The position numbers were made by a program, and so were the translations under genes. The notes under the pieces are model-generated. The model searched no databases. It was given only the letters and a program-made list of their open reading frames with translations, and was not told the DNA's origin. Positions 1 through 8,821 of a DNA stretch of 64,000 nt are shown here, in pieces; position 1 is the first letter of the stretch; every line of letters starts with the position of its first letter. The DNA is from Candidatus Bathyarchaeota archaeon (GTDB lineage Archaea; Thermoproteota; Bathyarchaeia; Bathyarchaeales; Bathycorpusculaceae), in contig OY969706.1 in the NCBI GenBank assembly GCA_963702095.1, forward strand, positions 576,001 to 640,000, written 5' to 3'.

Positions 1-2
1 GT

Positions 3-1310
3 CCGGGTCTCGCAATAAACGGAGTAACTGATGACGCAGTAGTGATGACTGGAGGATTCACTTTCGCCCAAGGATATGGAGGAACAACCAACGGCTGGCT
101 AGTTGTAGCAGCACAAGATGCAACTACTGGCGCTCAATTGTGGGTCAAAAACCTCACATATGCAGACACAGCTGTCTTAGAACCGTTTACAAGGACACAA
201 ATGCAAATCGATGATGGACTATTCCAGCTTAGCAGCATGTATAATTGGCAAGTCATAGCTCTAAATGCACGTACAGGCAGCACGGCATGGACAACAACTC
301 TCAAAACCGATAGCGGCGCTGAACCAAATATCTTCGATACAATTGGCGGCATAGCAACCCGCAATGGACCCGGCGTCACCGTCTATTACGGCTTCGGAGG
401 GGACATATGGGGCATAAGCAATACGGACGGAAAACAGCTATATTACACAAATACGACGAACCTGCTGGGTGATCCCGGCATTGAAACTCCTTACAATACC
501 TGGCCATTATGGACCTTTAGTTGTACCGCTCAGACCAATGATGTGATTTACTTAGCTGTCGGACACGAATACAACCCACCACTGTTTCACGGCTCACAGA
601 TGTTAGCCCTAAACATCACTGACGGAAGCCTGATATGGAAAGAACTAGGCACATATGTTGAATCCACCGCAATTGCATACAACATCTTGCTGTCGCGCAA
701 CTGTTATGACAACATGATATACGCTTTCGGCAAAGGACCAAGTGGTATGACTGTTTCAGCTCCTAGTGTAGGAGTTACAACGGCTACACCGATAACCATA
801 ACGGGTACCATTATGGACGTTTCCCCCGGCACGCACTATCTGACTGATCCTGAATTGACAATGACAAAGCAGAATGAGGTTCCATTGAGGTTCCCGAATG
901 GAGTTCCATGTGTTTCTGACGAAAGCCAGAGTACTTGGATGGAATACGTGTACCAGCAGCAGCCAATGCCATACAACACTACTGGTGTTCTAGTTACCAT
1001 CAGCGTCGTGGACAGCAACGGAAACTATCGTGAAATCGGCCAAACCACTTCAGTCGACGGAACATTCGCCTACACTTGGACTCCTGACATTTCAGGCAGC
1101 TATGAAGTCGTTGCTAGCTTTGCAGGTTCCAACTCGTACTATCCATCCTCAGCTGTAAGCCACTTCTATGCCAGTGACACGGCGCCAACACCAACCAATG
1201 AAGCCCAATCACCGCAAGTCGACAACACGATGACTATCATAGCATCCACCATTGCCATCATCATTGCAATAGCGATAGTCGGATTGCTAATGCTAAGAAA
1301 ACGGGCATAA
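3..1310 (+). CDS. PQQ-like beta-propeller surface protein, 5'-truncated by the window edge, C-terminal TM anchor
   Basis: Frame open from nt 3. AxDAxTGxxxW propeller repeats, EYNPPLFHG, FPNGVPCVSDESQ, Ig-like tail, hydrophobic helix then LRKRA. Paralog of 47763 and 52148. Confidence 0.85.
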   Translation, partial: PGLAINGVTDDAVVMTGGFTFAQGYGGTTNGWLVVAAQDATTGAQLWVKNLTYADTAVLEPFTRTQMQIDDGLFQLSSMYNWQVIALNARTGSTAWTTTLKTDSGAEPNIFDTIGGIATRNGPGVTVYYGFGGDIWGISNTDGKQLYYTNTTNLLGDPGIETPYNTWPLWTFSCTAQTNDVIYLAVGHEYNPPLFHGSQMLALNITDGSLIWKELGTYVESTAIAYNILLSRNCYDNMIYAFGKGPSGMTVSAPSVGVTTATPITITGTIMDVSPGTHYLTDPELTMTKQNEVPLRFPNGVPCVSDESQSTWMEYVYQQQPMPYNTTGVLVTISVVDSNGNYREIGQTTSVDGTFAYTWTPDISGSYEVVASFAGSNSYYPSSAVSHFYASDTAPTPTNEAQSPQVDNTMTIIASTIAIIIAIAIVGLLMLRKRA

Positions 1311-1330
1311 ACAAGCAAGCAACAAACAAC

Positions 1331-1477
1331 TTTCCCTTTTCCCTTTTTTTGGGATTAAAAGTAAGCTATAAAATGTGGGCTGAGAGGGCTCTGAATTAAA
1401 AATAATCAGTTGCGGTAGCAGAGAATGGTTTAGTTGCATTTTCCATTCTTTTCTTCCTTTAGTCGGGTTCCAGAGTC
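1331..1477 (+). repeat. Beta-propeller 3'-flank structured element, copy 1 (candidate ncRNA/3'UTR)
   Basis: Contains the 28-mer AGAATGGTTTAGTTGCATTTTCCATTCT (1422-1449) identical in copies 2 and 3; outer arms GGCTCTG / CAGAGTC. Confidence 0.85.
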
Positions 1478-1495
1478 AAATCGAGAGGTTAAAAG

Positions 1496-1568
1496 TAGCC
1501 CGTGAGAGATTCGAACTCTCGTCGTCGGGTCCAAAGCCCGATATGCTTGACCACTACACCAACGGGCT
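1496..1568 (-). tRNA. tRNA-Gln(TTG)
   Basis: Reverse complement AGCCCGTTGGTGTAGTGGTCAAGCATATCGGGCTTTGGACCCGACGACGAGAGTTCGAATCTCTCACGGGCTA folds as a cloverleaf; anticodon TTG; A1-U72 pair typical of archaeal tRNA-Gln. Confidence 0.95.
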
Positions 1569-1928
1569 GCATGATTCCAGATGTGGGTGTGGCGTTATTT
1601 ATTGTTAGAGGTTAATGGGCAGCTTTTTTCCATATAAGGGTTCCTCCAAGGGGGGTATCTCGGCGTGGGTTTGTTCGGTTAAAAAAAGGGATATATTGGT
1701 TTAGAGGTTTTGAGGCGGCGGTTTTACACTTTTCTATGTTTTTTGCCATATGGTTGTTTGGGGCTGTTTGGGTTTTTCTTGGTGATTATGTGCAATATAT
1801 TTAATAAACCACAAAGCTTAAATACTAAAGCAGTTCATCTGCTTAGTTTGCGCGGGCCGAATGTACTATTTTCTAGCCAGATTGGCCTATGGTGACGGTT
1901 CTACGCATATCGAAGTGAGGTAGAAGAA

Positions 1929-2873
1929 GTGAGCATAAAAAAAGAAGCACCGAGAACAACCCAACGTCATGTCGACAAATGCCCAGAATGCGGCGGCGAA
2001 AACCTAGTTCACGATTACGACACCGGAGAAACAGTCTGTGGCGACTGCGGCCTTGTCTTGTTCGAGCAAATGATGGATAAAGGACCGGAATGGCGCGCCT
2101 TCACCCAAGAAGAAAAAGCGTCCAGAAGCCGAGTCGGTGTCCCCACCTCTTACTCAGTCCACGATAAAGGCTTATCCACAGCGATTAGCCAAGTGGACCG
2201 CGATGCCTTCGGGCGAAAACTGCCTTTGTCCACACGTCTGCAAATGTGGCGTCTACGCAAATGGCAAATCCGCAGCCGCGTCCATAGCTCAATCGACCGT
2301 AACCTTGCACAAGCCATGGCTGAACTTGACCGCCTCTCAGACAAAGTCTACATTCCACCGCCAATCAAGGAGAAAGCAGCCGTCGTCTACCGCAAAGCAC
2401 TCGACAAAGGTTTAGTCCGTGGACGCTCCATTGCCGCCATTGCAGCCGCAGCCCTCTACGCGGCATGCCGTGGAAGCGGAACACCCCGTACACTGCGAGA
2501 AATCGCTGAAGCAAGCTTAGTCGACAAAAAAGACGTTGCACGATGCTACAGGCTGCTATTGCGGGAGTTGGAAGTACACATGCCCATCGCTGACCCACTC
2601 ACATACGTGTCTAAAATCGCTGAGAAAACAGGCATATCAGGCAAAACCCAGGGCGCAGCAATCAACATTTTGCGTGAAGCCAGACGCAAACGTGCTGCAG
2701 CAGGAAAAGACCCTATGGGCTTAGCCGCAGCTGCACTCTACATTGCATGCTTGCAGAACAACGAGAAAAAGACGCAGAAAGACATCGCTGAAGCAGCAGG
2801 CGTAACAGAAGTTACAGTGCGCAACCGCTACAAGACGCTTAAAAAACAGTTAAACCTCGAATTGCCCGACTAG
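1929..2873 (+). CDS. tfb: Transcription initiation factor IIB
   Basis: Zn ribbon CPECG...CGDCG, GPEWRAF B-reader, two cyclin repeats, TEVTVRNRYK. Confidence 0.97.
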   Translation: MSIKKEAPRTTQRHVDKCPECGGENLVHDYDTGETVCGDCGLVLFEQMMDKGPEWRAFTQEEKASRSRVGVPTSYSVHDKGLSTAISQVDRDAFGRKLPLSTRLQMWRLRKWQIRSRVHSSIDRNLAQAMAELDRLSDKVYIPPPIKEKAAVVYRKALDKGLVRGRSIAAIAAAALYAACRGSGTPRTLREIAEASLVDKKDVARCYRLLLRELEVHMPIADPLTYVSKIAEKTGISGKTQGAAINILREARRKRAAAGKDPMGLAAAALYIACLQNNEKKTQKDIAEAAGVTEVTVRNRYKTLKKQLNLELPD

Positions 2874-2885
2874 GGCTTTTTCCAC

Positions 2886-3125
2886 CTATTTTTTAGGTTT
2901 TTCGGTTATTTTTTCTTCGGTTGAGCCTTCTTCAGGTTCCAACTCCATAACTAAAATGCCGTGGTAACCGCAGTTTTCACAGTAATACTGCTTTGGCGTT
3001 AACCACACGTCGAGGCTGCTGTTTAGCTGGATTTTTGGGCTGCAGCATCGGGGACAGAAGATTTGGGCGGGTTTTCTGTGTTTTGTGTTTTTGAGAATAT
3101 CGCGTATGCTGTCTAGCTTTTTCAT
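2886..3125 (-). CDS. Small zinc-ribbon protein
   Basis: CPRC...CENCGY motif; co-oriented just downstream of SUI1. Confidence 0.7.
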   Translation of the reverse strand: MKKLDSIRDILKNTKHRKPAQIFCPRCCSPKIQLNSSLDVWLTPKQYYCENCGYHGILVMELEPEEGSTEEKITEKPKK

Positions 3126-3166
3126 TTTCGATCGGTTGCTTCCTTAATTTGTTGCGGGCTATGCGT

Positions 3167-3475
3167 TTACTGTAACTCGATGTTTTCTTGTGGGTACCCG
3201 ATTTTGATCAGGAACTCTTTCACGCGGTCACGGTGGTCGCCTTGCAACATGATTTGCCCATTTTTATGTGTGCCTCCACATGCACAGTAGGTTTTAAGTT
3301 TCTGTGCGACGCTTGCCAAGTTAGAATTTTTGTCGTCCATGCCGTCGATTATTGTGGTTGCTTTGCCAAATTTCCGGGTTTCAAGGCGTATGCGAATCCG
3401 CTGTTGCTCTTTCTCTATTTCCCCACAAACGCATAAGTCCTTAGGTAATCCGCATGTTGAACAAACTTCAGCCAT
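3167..3475 (-). CDS. Translation initiation factor aIF1 (SUI1)
   Basis: CSTCGLPKDLCVC N-terminus, LKTYCACGGT, LQGDHR; start taken at MAEV. Confidence 0.95.
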   Translation of the reverse strand: MAEVCSTCGLPKDLCVCGEIEKEQQRIRIRLETRKFGKATTIIDGMDDKNSNLASVAQKLKTYCACGGTHKNGQIMLQGDHRDRVKEFLIKIGYPQENIELQ

Positions 3476-3608
3476 GAATCTCAACAATGAAATTATCAAG
3501 TGCTGTATATAAGAGTTTCAAAGCCTAACCGGGTATTTTTTTGGTTGCCGTTTCCATGGGAATATGGTTTTTTTGTTGTTTTCTAAGCTTTTGGCTGAAG
3601 GATAATCG

Positions 3609-3815
3609 GTTTTTTCTCTTTATGTGGGTGTGGCGTTTTAGGGGGTGCCACAAGACGACTTGAGGCAACGATTGCATTTGGCGTTTGCAACGGTTTTCGG
3701 CGTCTGTTTCAGTGTGGGATATGCGTTTTCATCCACACACCCTTGCATGGCTCTATGTTGAAGCCTCAACGGTTGGATGTAGAAGCATGTATCGACTGGT
3801 TTTCTGAGCCACATG
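3609..3815. repeat. ~205-nt dispersed intergenic repeat, copy A
   Basis: Colinear with 17091-17295, including an identical 31-mer (3610-3640 = 17093-17123). Confidence 0.8.
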
Positions 3816-3860
3816 TCAGTGAGCCCTTCCGGTATCCACATCCAAACGTACCTTAGCTTA

Positions 3861-3890
3861 GTCAAGAAACCTTGACAAAAACACTTTTAA
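3861..3890 (+). promoter_or_regulatory. Palindrome GTCAAG-AAAC-CTTGAC, 8 nt upstream of TATA-like TTTTAA
   Basis: Same 16-mer and spacing at 28043-28058 (minus); degenerate versions at 5178-5193 and 5214-5229. Confidence 0.7.
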
Positions 3891-3921
3891 CCTGATTAAA
3901 AAAATAACAATCGATAACAAG

Positions 3922-5136
3922 TTGCAGAAAACAGCCTTAGCGATAATCGGTTTAGTACTCATATTTTCAGCAGTAACCTTGCCCCACACCAATTTCGCAT
4001 CTGCCCAATCAGACGAATACATAACAATAAAGGCCGACGGAAGCATTGAACCCGCAAACGCACCTATCCAAAGAAACGGTAACGTGTATACAGTGATAGA
4101 TAATATCCAACAATACCTTGTTTTGGAGAGAAACTATACCACTTTGGACGGCGGCGGGCATCATGTGGGTGGGGTTTATGGACCGTTACTTGTTCAGTCG
4201 GGCTACACATGGATTGCTGATGGAACAACCAACATTACTGTCGCCAATGTGGTTATCGATGGGCAAGGTATGGTTTTCTTCTCAACCGTAAACTCCGTTT
4301 TTTCTTATATCACTCTTAACAACGGGACAGGAAGTGATGTTAGTGGTGATGGAAACATCGTAGCTAATTTAACAGTAAATTCTGGACGGGGCTTATCCAT
4401 CAACGGCGAGGATAATTTGGTCTATGGTAACCATTTGAACAATTGCAACTATACATTTGCTGAAAACAACCCTCCTCCGTGCGGTATTGCGGTTAGTGGT
4501 TCAAACAATTGGGTTATTGGGAATTTTATTGTTGGAACTAACGGGTCTGCCATCAATCTAGGAACCTCGGCTGATAATATTATCTTTGGGAATCAAATAG
4601 AAAACAACAAAGTAGCAGTACAAACAATGGCTATCTACACACAAATCAGTGCAGAAAACAACCGTATTTACAACAACAATTTCGTAAACAACACCCAAAC
4701 CTACCACGATGAAAAGGTTATGGCTGCACCTGCATCGGTCACCATTTGGGATCATGATACTGTTGGCAACTATTGGAGTGACTACAACGGTTCAGATGCG
4801 AACGGTGACGGAAAAGGCGACACACCCTACGTCATAGACGCAGACAACCAAGACCACTACCCACTGATGAACCCCATAGATACCACCAGTATTTCAAACG
4901 TGCCAAGACCCTCTTCATCTACGTCACCAACTCCGACAGCAACACCTACTCAACCAACAACAAATCCAACGGCGACCACTCAACAACCAACAAACAATCC
5001 CACAGCAACCATATCACCCACCCCTTCTCCAACCGTTCCAGAGTTATCTTGGCTTGTAATTGTGCCTCTGCTTCTTTCTGTCTTCTGCACCGCTGTTATG
5101 TTTAGAGTTCAAATAATCGCTAAATTGAAGAGATGA
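3922..5136 (+). CDS. Right-handed beta-helix (NosD/CASH-type) surface protein
   Basis: Signal peptide, Asn-rich repeats, GNYWSDYNGSDANGDGKGDTPY motif, Pro/Thr linker, VPEL sorting-like motif plus TM. Confidence 0.85.
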   Translation: MQKTALAIIGLVLIFSAVTLPHTNFASAQSDEYITIKADGSIEPANAPIQRNGNVYTVIDNIQQYLVLERNYTTLDGGGHHVGGVYGPLLVQSGYTWIADGTTNITVANVVIDGQGMVFFSTVNSVFSYITLNNGTGSDVSGDGNIVANLTVNSGRGLSINGEDNLVYGNHLNNCNYTFAENNPPPCGIAVSGSNNWVIGNFIVGTNGSAINLGTSADNIIFGNQIENNKVAVQTMAIYTQISAENNRIYNNNFVNNTQTYHDEKVMAAPASVTIWDHDTVGNYWSDYNGSDANGDGKGDTPYVIDADNQDHYPLMNPIDTTSISNVPRPSSSTSPTPTATPTQPTTNPTATTQQPTNNPTATISPTPSPTVPELSWLVIVPLLLSVFCTAVMFRVQIIAKLKR

Positions 5137-5177
5137 GCGCGTCTGCCAAGCAGGTGTATATCTCCACCGTCTGTTTA

Positions 5178-5243
5178 GGTAAGGAACCTTGACTGACCAT
5201 TAACTGTGGCTTAGGCAAAAAATCTTGACAAATAGCCTTTTAT
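5178..5243 (+). promoter_or_regulatory. Two degenerate GTCAAG-N4-CTTGAC sites plus TATA-like TTTTAT
   Basis: GGTAAG-GAAC-CTTGAC (5178-5193); GGCAAA-AAAT-CTTGAC (5214-5229) followed by 8 nt and TTTTAT (5238-5243). Confidence 0.55.
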
Positions 5244-5268
5244 CGACTGTACTTTCATATAGCTAAGC

Positions 5269-6140
5269 ATGGGTAGAAAGAGCAAAACTTTGTGGTTATT
5301 GCTAAGTATAGTAATTGCATTAGTTATCTTAGCTCTTGAACCGTTAAACCACTACACATACCCATTGATAACATGTCTACCGCCCCATCTGATGACGATG
5401 CAGTTATAACTATCCAATCGCCCCAAGACGGTGCAACTTACAATGTAACTTCGTTGCCTCTTTATTTCACTGTTCAGAATAACTATGAGTATTTCTCGGT
5501 TCGTTATATCCTAAACAATCAATGCCCAGTTACAATTCCAGCATGGACCATCAATCAAACTTCACTGAAAGGGTTCTTTCCGACTGACAATTACACCTAT
5601 TATTATCCCATATACCAAGCTGTAAGCAACACGGCCTTGCCTGACTTAACGAATGGAAATTACAACTTAACGATTGAAAACTTTTATAACATATCAACAG
5701 GAGTTCAAGTAACAAATTCTACCTCAATTACCTTCACAATCGACACTTCCCGTCAGAATGCAACGATGGTTTTCCAGCTCCCTCCTGAACCTTACCCAAA
5801 GTTGACCATCAACTCATTTGACTCTCCCACAAAAAACGTTGCCACCAATGGTGATTCCTATGCATGGGTTGATGTTACTTTCAATTTAACAGGTATACCC
5901 TCATGGGTCGGATACAGCATCGATGGTAAAAGCAATCATACAATTTCTGGTTTTTCCGCTATATATGGCATACAAGCTGCAATCAACGTGCCACTTGGAG
6001 ACCATACTGTGACGCTTTACGTCAAAGGCACAGATGGAAACTGGGCGGCACCAGTGACTTTTCACTCAACCGTAATAAGCTTCGAAGACTACACTGGGGG
6101 AAAAACTGCCTCAAACACACTTTTAGCTCCTTCAACTTGA
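5269..6140 (+). pseudogene. Ig-like surface protein, frameshifted after the signal peptide, no C-terminal anchor
   Basis: ATG 5269 gives MGRKSKTLWLLLSIVIALVILAL; the body (ITIQSPQ, WVGYSIDG, GDHTVTLYV) is in another frame open only from 5340. Confidence 0.6.
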
Positions 6141-6189
6141 CCACCGCTAACTTGAAACAATGACCCTTTTCCACAGCATGATGAGTGTG

Positions 6190-7140
6190 CTAGCGCTTTT
6201 TTAGAACCAGTAAAATCCCTGCGCCTATAGCTGAGGCAATCGCTATGGGTAGAAGTATCCAGTAGGGGAAGGCGGCGGGTTGTGTTTCTTGGGTGGCGTT
6301 GGGTGTGGGGCTGGGTGCAAGCGGAGTTGAGGGCACTGTGGTGGTTGGTGGAGCAGTGGGGGTTGGGGTTGGCTGCGGAGTTGGTGAATATGTGGGCAGG
6401 GGTGTTGTTGGGTCAGGAACCGGCGGGGAATTTGCGTCTGAAATGTCGAGCTTAACGTTGGTTACGTCGACTTCTTGCTGTCCTGAGATGCTTGACCACC
6501 AACACTCCCCCATACCCGTCATCAGACTGATCTGGTGCACGCTATCTGTGAATTCGGTTTGAGATGAAGAAATAACGGTTACACCGTTCACCGATAACCC
6601 GACGGTTTTGGCTGAGTCATCAATCGTTAAAACAACATGGTACCACACGCCGCTGGCAGGTAGCGTCCCTGAGGCTTGGAAGAGGTAAGTGTAAACGGTG
6701 TTGCCGCCGATCCAAAGCGACCACACGCCTGAACCGTCAATGCCCACGCCGAAGTTGCCCAAGTTACCCCGCAAATCGTTGCTGTCGCAGACGTAGAGGA
6801 AGAATATTGCGTCCATGCCCTGTGGGCAACTGTTTGGGACTTTGGCGACGTAGATGTCTTGGCTTGCGGTGATGGTGCTGTTGGGGGTTGAGGTGAACCC
6901 TGATTTTTCTACGAAGGAGTAGCTGTATTCGCCGCCGGTGGGTGTTGGGACAGTGAAGCGTGCGATGCCGCCGCTGACTGTTTGGCTTGCGCCTGGGCTG
7001 TTGAAGGTTTGGGACCAGCCGGCGAAGCCTCCGCTTGAAAAACTATCGGAGAACACGGTTAACGCGGCTGCTGGCTGTGATGCCACAAGCAAGACGAGGG
7101 CAACAGCGGTTAAAACGGTTAGTTTGAGGGTGTTCTTCAT
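6190..7140 (-). CDS. LamG/concanavalin-like surface protein with TM anchor
   Basis: Signal peptide from MKNTLK, VFSDSFSSG, WYHVVLTID...LSVNG, Pro/Thr linker, TM then KKR. Confidence 0.7.
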   Translation of the reverse strand: MKNTLKLTVLTAVALVLLVASQPAAALTVFSDSFSSGGFAGWSQTFNSPGASQTVSGGIARFTVPTPTGGEYSYSFVEKSGFTSTPNSTITASQDIYVAKVPNSCPQGMDAIFFLYVCDSNDLRGNLGNFGVGIDGSGVWSLWIGGNTVYTYLFQASGTLPASGVWYHVVLTIDDSAKTVGLSVNGVTVISSSQTEFTDSVHQISLMTGMGECWWSSISGQQEVDVTNVKLDISDANSPPVPDPTTPLPTYSPTPQPTPTPTAPPTTTVPSTPLAPSPTPNATQETQPAAFPYWILLPIAIASAIGAGILLVLKKR

Positions 7141-7305
7141 CACTTCACCACAAAGAGAATAATGCCATTGCAACCAAGGCGGCTGCAACACTGCTTTTGG
7201 ACGCAAGGTTCCAAACGTGGATTTCTAGCCAAAACAAACGTAAATAAATTAGCGACACACGATTTAAAGTGCGTGACAAGCTAACTCCCAAACATGCAAC
7301 GGAGT

Positions 7306-8763
7306 TTACTCTTTGTTGAGTTTCTTCTTGATGAAGTAGTGGCTCGCTGAAACCAAAAGCACCACCACCCACATAAGACCAAGCCCCACGAGCACCAACC
7401 CTGCTATTTGCATGAGGTCAAGCTGTGTTAATGCGTCAGTCAAAAAGTCGCTGCCAAAGGTCAACGGGGACCCAGGGTCGATTTTGGCGGTTGGAACAGC
7501 CGTTGGGCAGGGGGTTGTCGTTGGACTCGGCGTCGGAGTTAGGGTGGGTTCGGTTTGGGGGGTTTCGGTGTTGTCTGCCGGTGGTGGCGTGGGTGTCTGA
7601 TATGTTGGATATGGAGTAACCGATGGGGAAGGCAAGGGGATGGGGGTCACAAAAGGCGTCGGAGTCGGAACAGACGTGAGGCTTAGTTTGTCAAGCGTCG
7701 GGGCGTCTGGGCTGGGTTCGGCGAGGAAGGGCGAAAAAGTCACGTTGCCCAGTGCTGTGTTATTTTTGTAGTCATAGATGGTTTGGTTGATGACTGATTG
7801 GTCTTTGCTGTCCCACCAGTTGTAGGATGCGTTTAGGGGGCTTATGATTGCCATCTGGAGGTTCAGGGTGTTGTCTACAAGGTTGTTTTGTGTTAGGTTG
7901 ATGAGGTTTGAGGTAACCTGCACGCCTATGTTGTTGTCGCCGATTAGGTTGCTTCTCATGTTTCCGCCGCCGCGTATGCCACAATAATTGCTCGAAAAAA
8001 CATTGTTTTGAACGGTGGTGTTTCCGTTGCTATACGTTGAATAGATTCCATAAGCATTTGCTGTGATAAGGTTTCGTGTTATAGTTGTGTTGCCTGTACC
8101 CGAAACGTAGATGCCTACGTTGCAACCGGTGATGTTGTTGTCAAATATGTTGGGGCTGCCACGGTTATAGATGTCAATTCCATAGTTTGATGATGATTTG
8201 ATAAAGTTGTTGCAGATGGTCGGTGAACCCTCGTTGACGGAGATGCAGGTAAGTCTGCAATCGAAGGCATTGTTAGAAATTAATGGTGACGCGGCGTTTA
8301 CTCCAACTGAGCTTTGGCCAGTGAAGTAGTTGTTGCTTATTTTCGGCGAACACAACGTCACAGACAGGGCAACGTCGCTTAAAATGGTGTTCTCAAATAT
8401 GCATCCACTTGGCGATTCAGTCCAGTTAGTGGAAGAAGCTAAACTAATTGAGGTCAATGCGCCGATGGAGGAATACAGGATTATTTTGTTGTCGCTTGTG
8501 CCGCGGCAGAAAAAGGTGCCTCCGCCCGACACGATGAAGCCGTATGAATACAAGTCCACAATTGTTCCAGGCTCGATGGTTAAAGCTACGTTGGGGTATA
8601 TCCATATGGCGCTGGTTAGCCTGTAGGGTCCTCCGGTTTGGGTCCACGTTGTGTTGGAAGTGATGCTTTCGCCAACATAAGTGGCATAAGTAGGAGCGAT
8701 GACTAGCATTGCCGCACCGACCAGAATGGTTACAACCGCTAAGACCCAAACGAGCCGCTTCAA
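7306..8763 (-). CDS. Right-handed beta-helix surface protein
   Basis: NTTWTQTGGPY, LTIEPGT, SPxIxNN repeats, NASYNWW, Pro/Thr linker, TM. Confidence 0.85.
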   Translation of the reverse strand: MKRLVWVLAVVTILVGAAMLVIAPTYATYVGESITSNTTWTQTGGPYRLTSAIWIYPNVALTIEPGTIVDLYSYGFIVSGGGTFFCRGTSDNKIILYSSIGALTSISLASSTNWTESPSGCIFENTILSDVALSVTLCSPKISNNYFTGQSSVGVNAASPLISNNAFDCRLTCISVNEGSPTICNNFIKSSSNYGIDIYNRGSPNIFDNNITGCNVGIYVSGTGNTTITRNLITANAYGIYSTYSNGNTTVQNNVFSSNYCGIRGGGNMRSNLIGDNNIGVQVTSNLINLTQNNLVDNTLNLQMAIISPLNASYNWWDSKDQSVINQTIYDYKNNTALGNVTFSPFLAEPSPDAPTLDKLSLTSVPTPTPFVTPIPLPSPSVTPYPTYQTPTPPPADNTETPQTEPTLTPTPSPTTTPCPTAVPTAKIDPGSPLTFGSDFLTDALTQLDLMQIAGLVLVGLGLMWVVVLLVSASHYFIKKKLNKE

Positions 8764-8821
8764 GCTATCACCGTATGCACTGTAGTCCGTCTGAAAATTT
8801 AAAACTATCCAGAAAACACAG

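Noticed and set aside
4915-5040. Repetitive CAAC/ACC-rich tracts (also ~6300-6420 and ~7500-7670)
   Set aside because: They encode ordinary Pro/Thr linkers of surface proteins.
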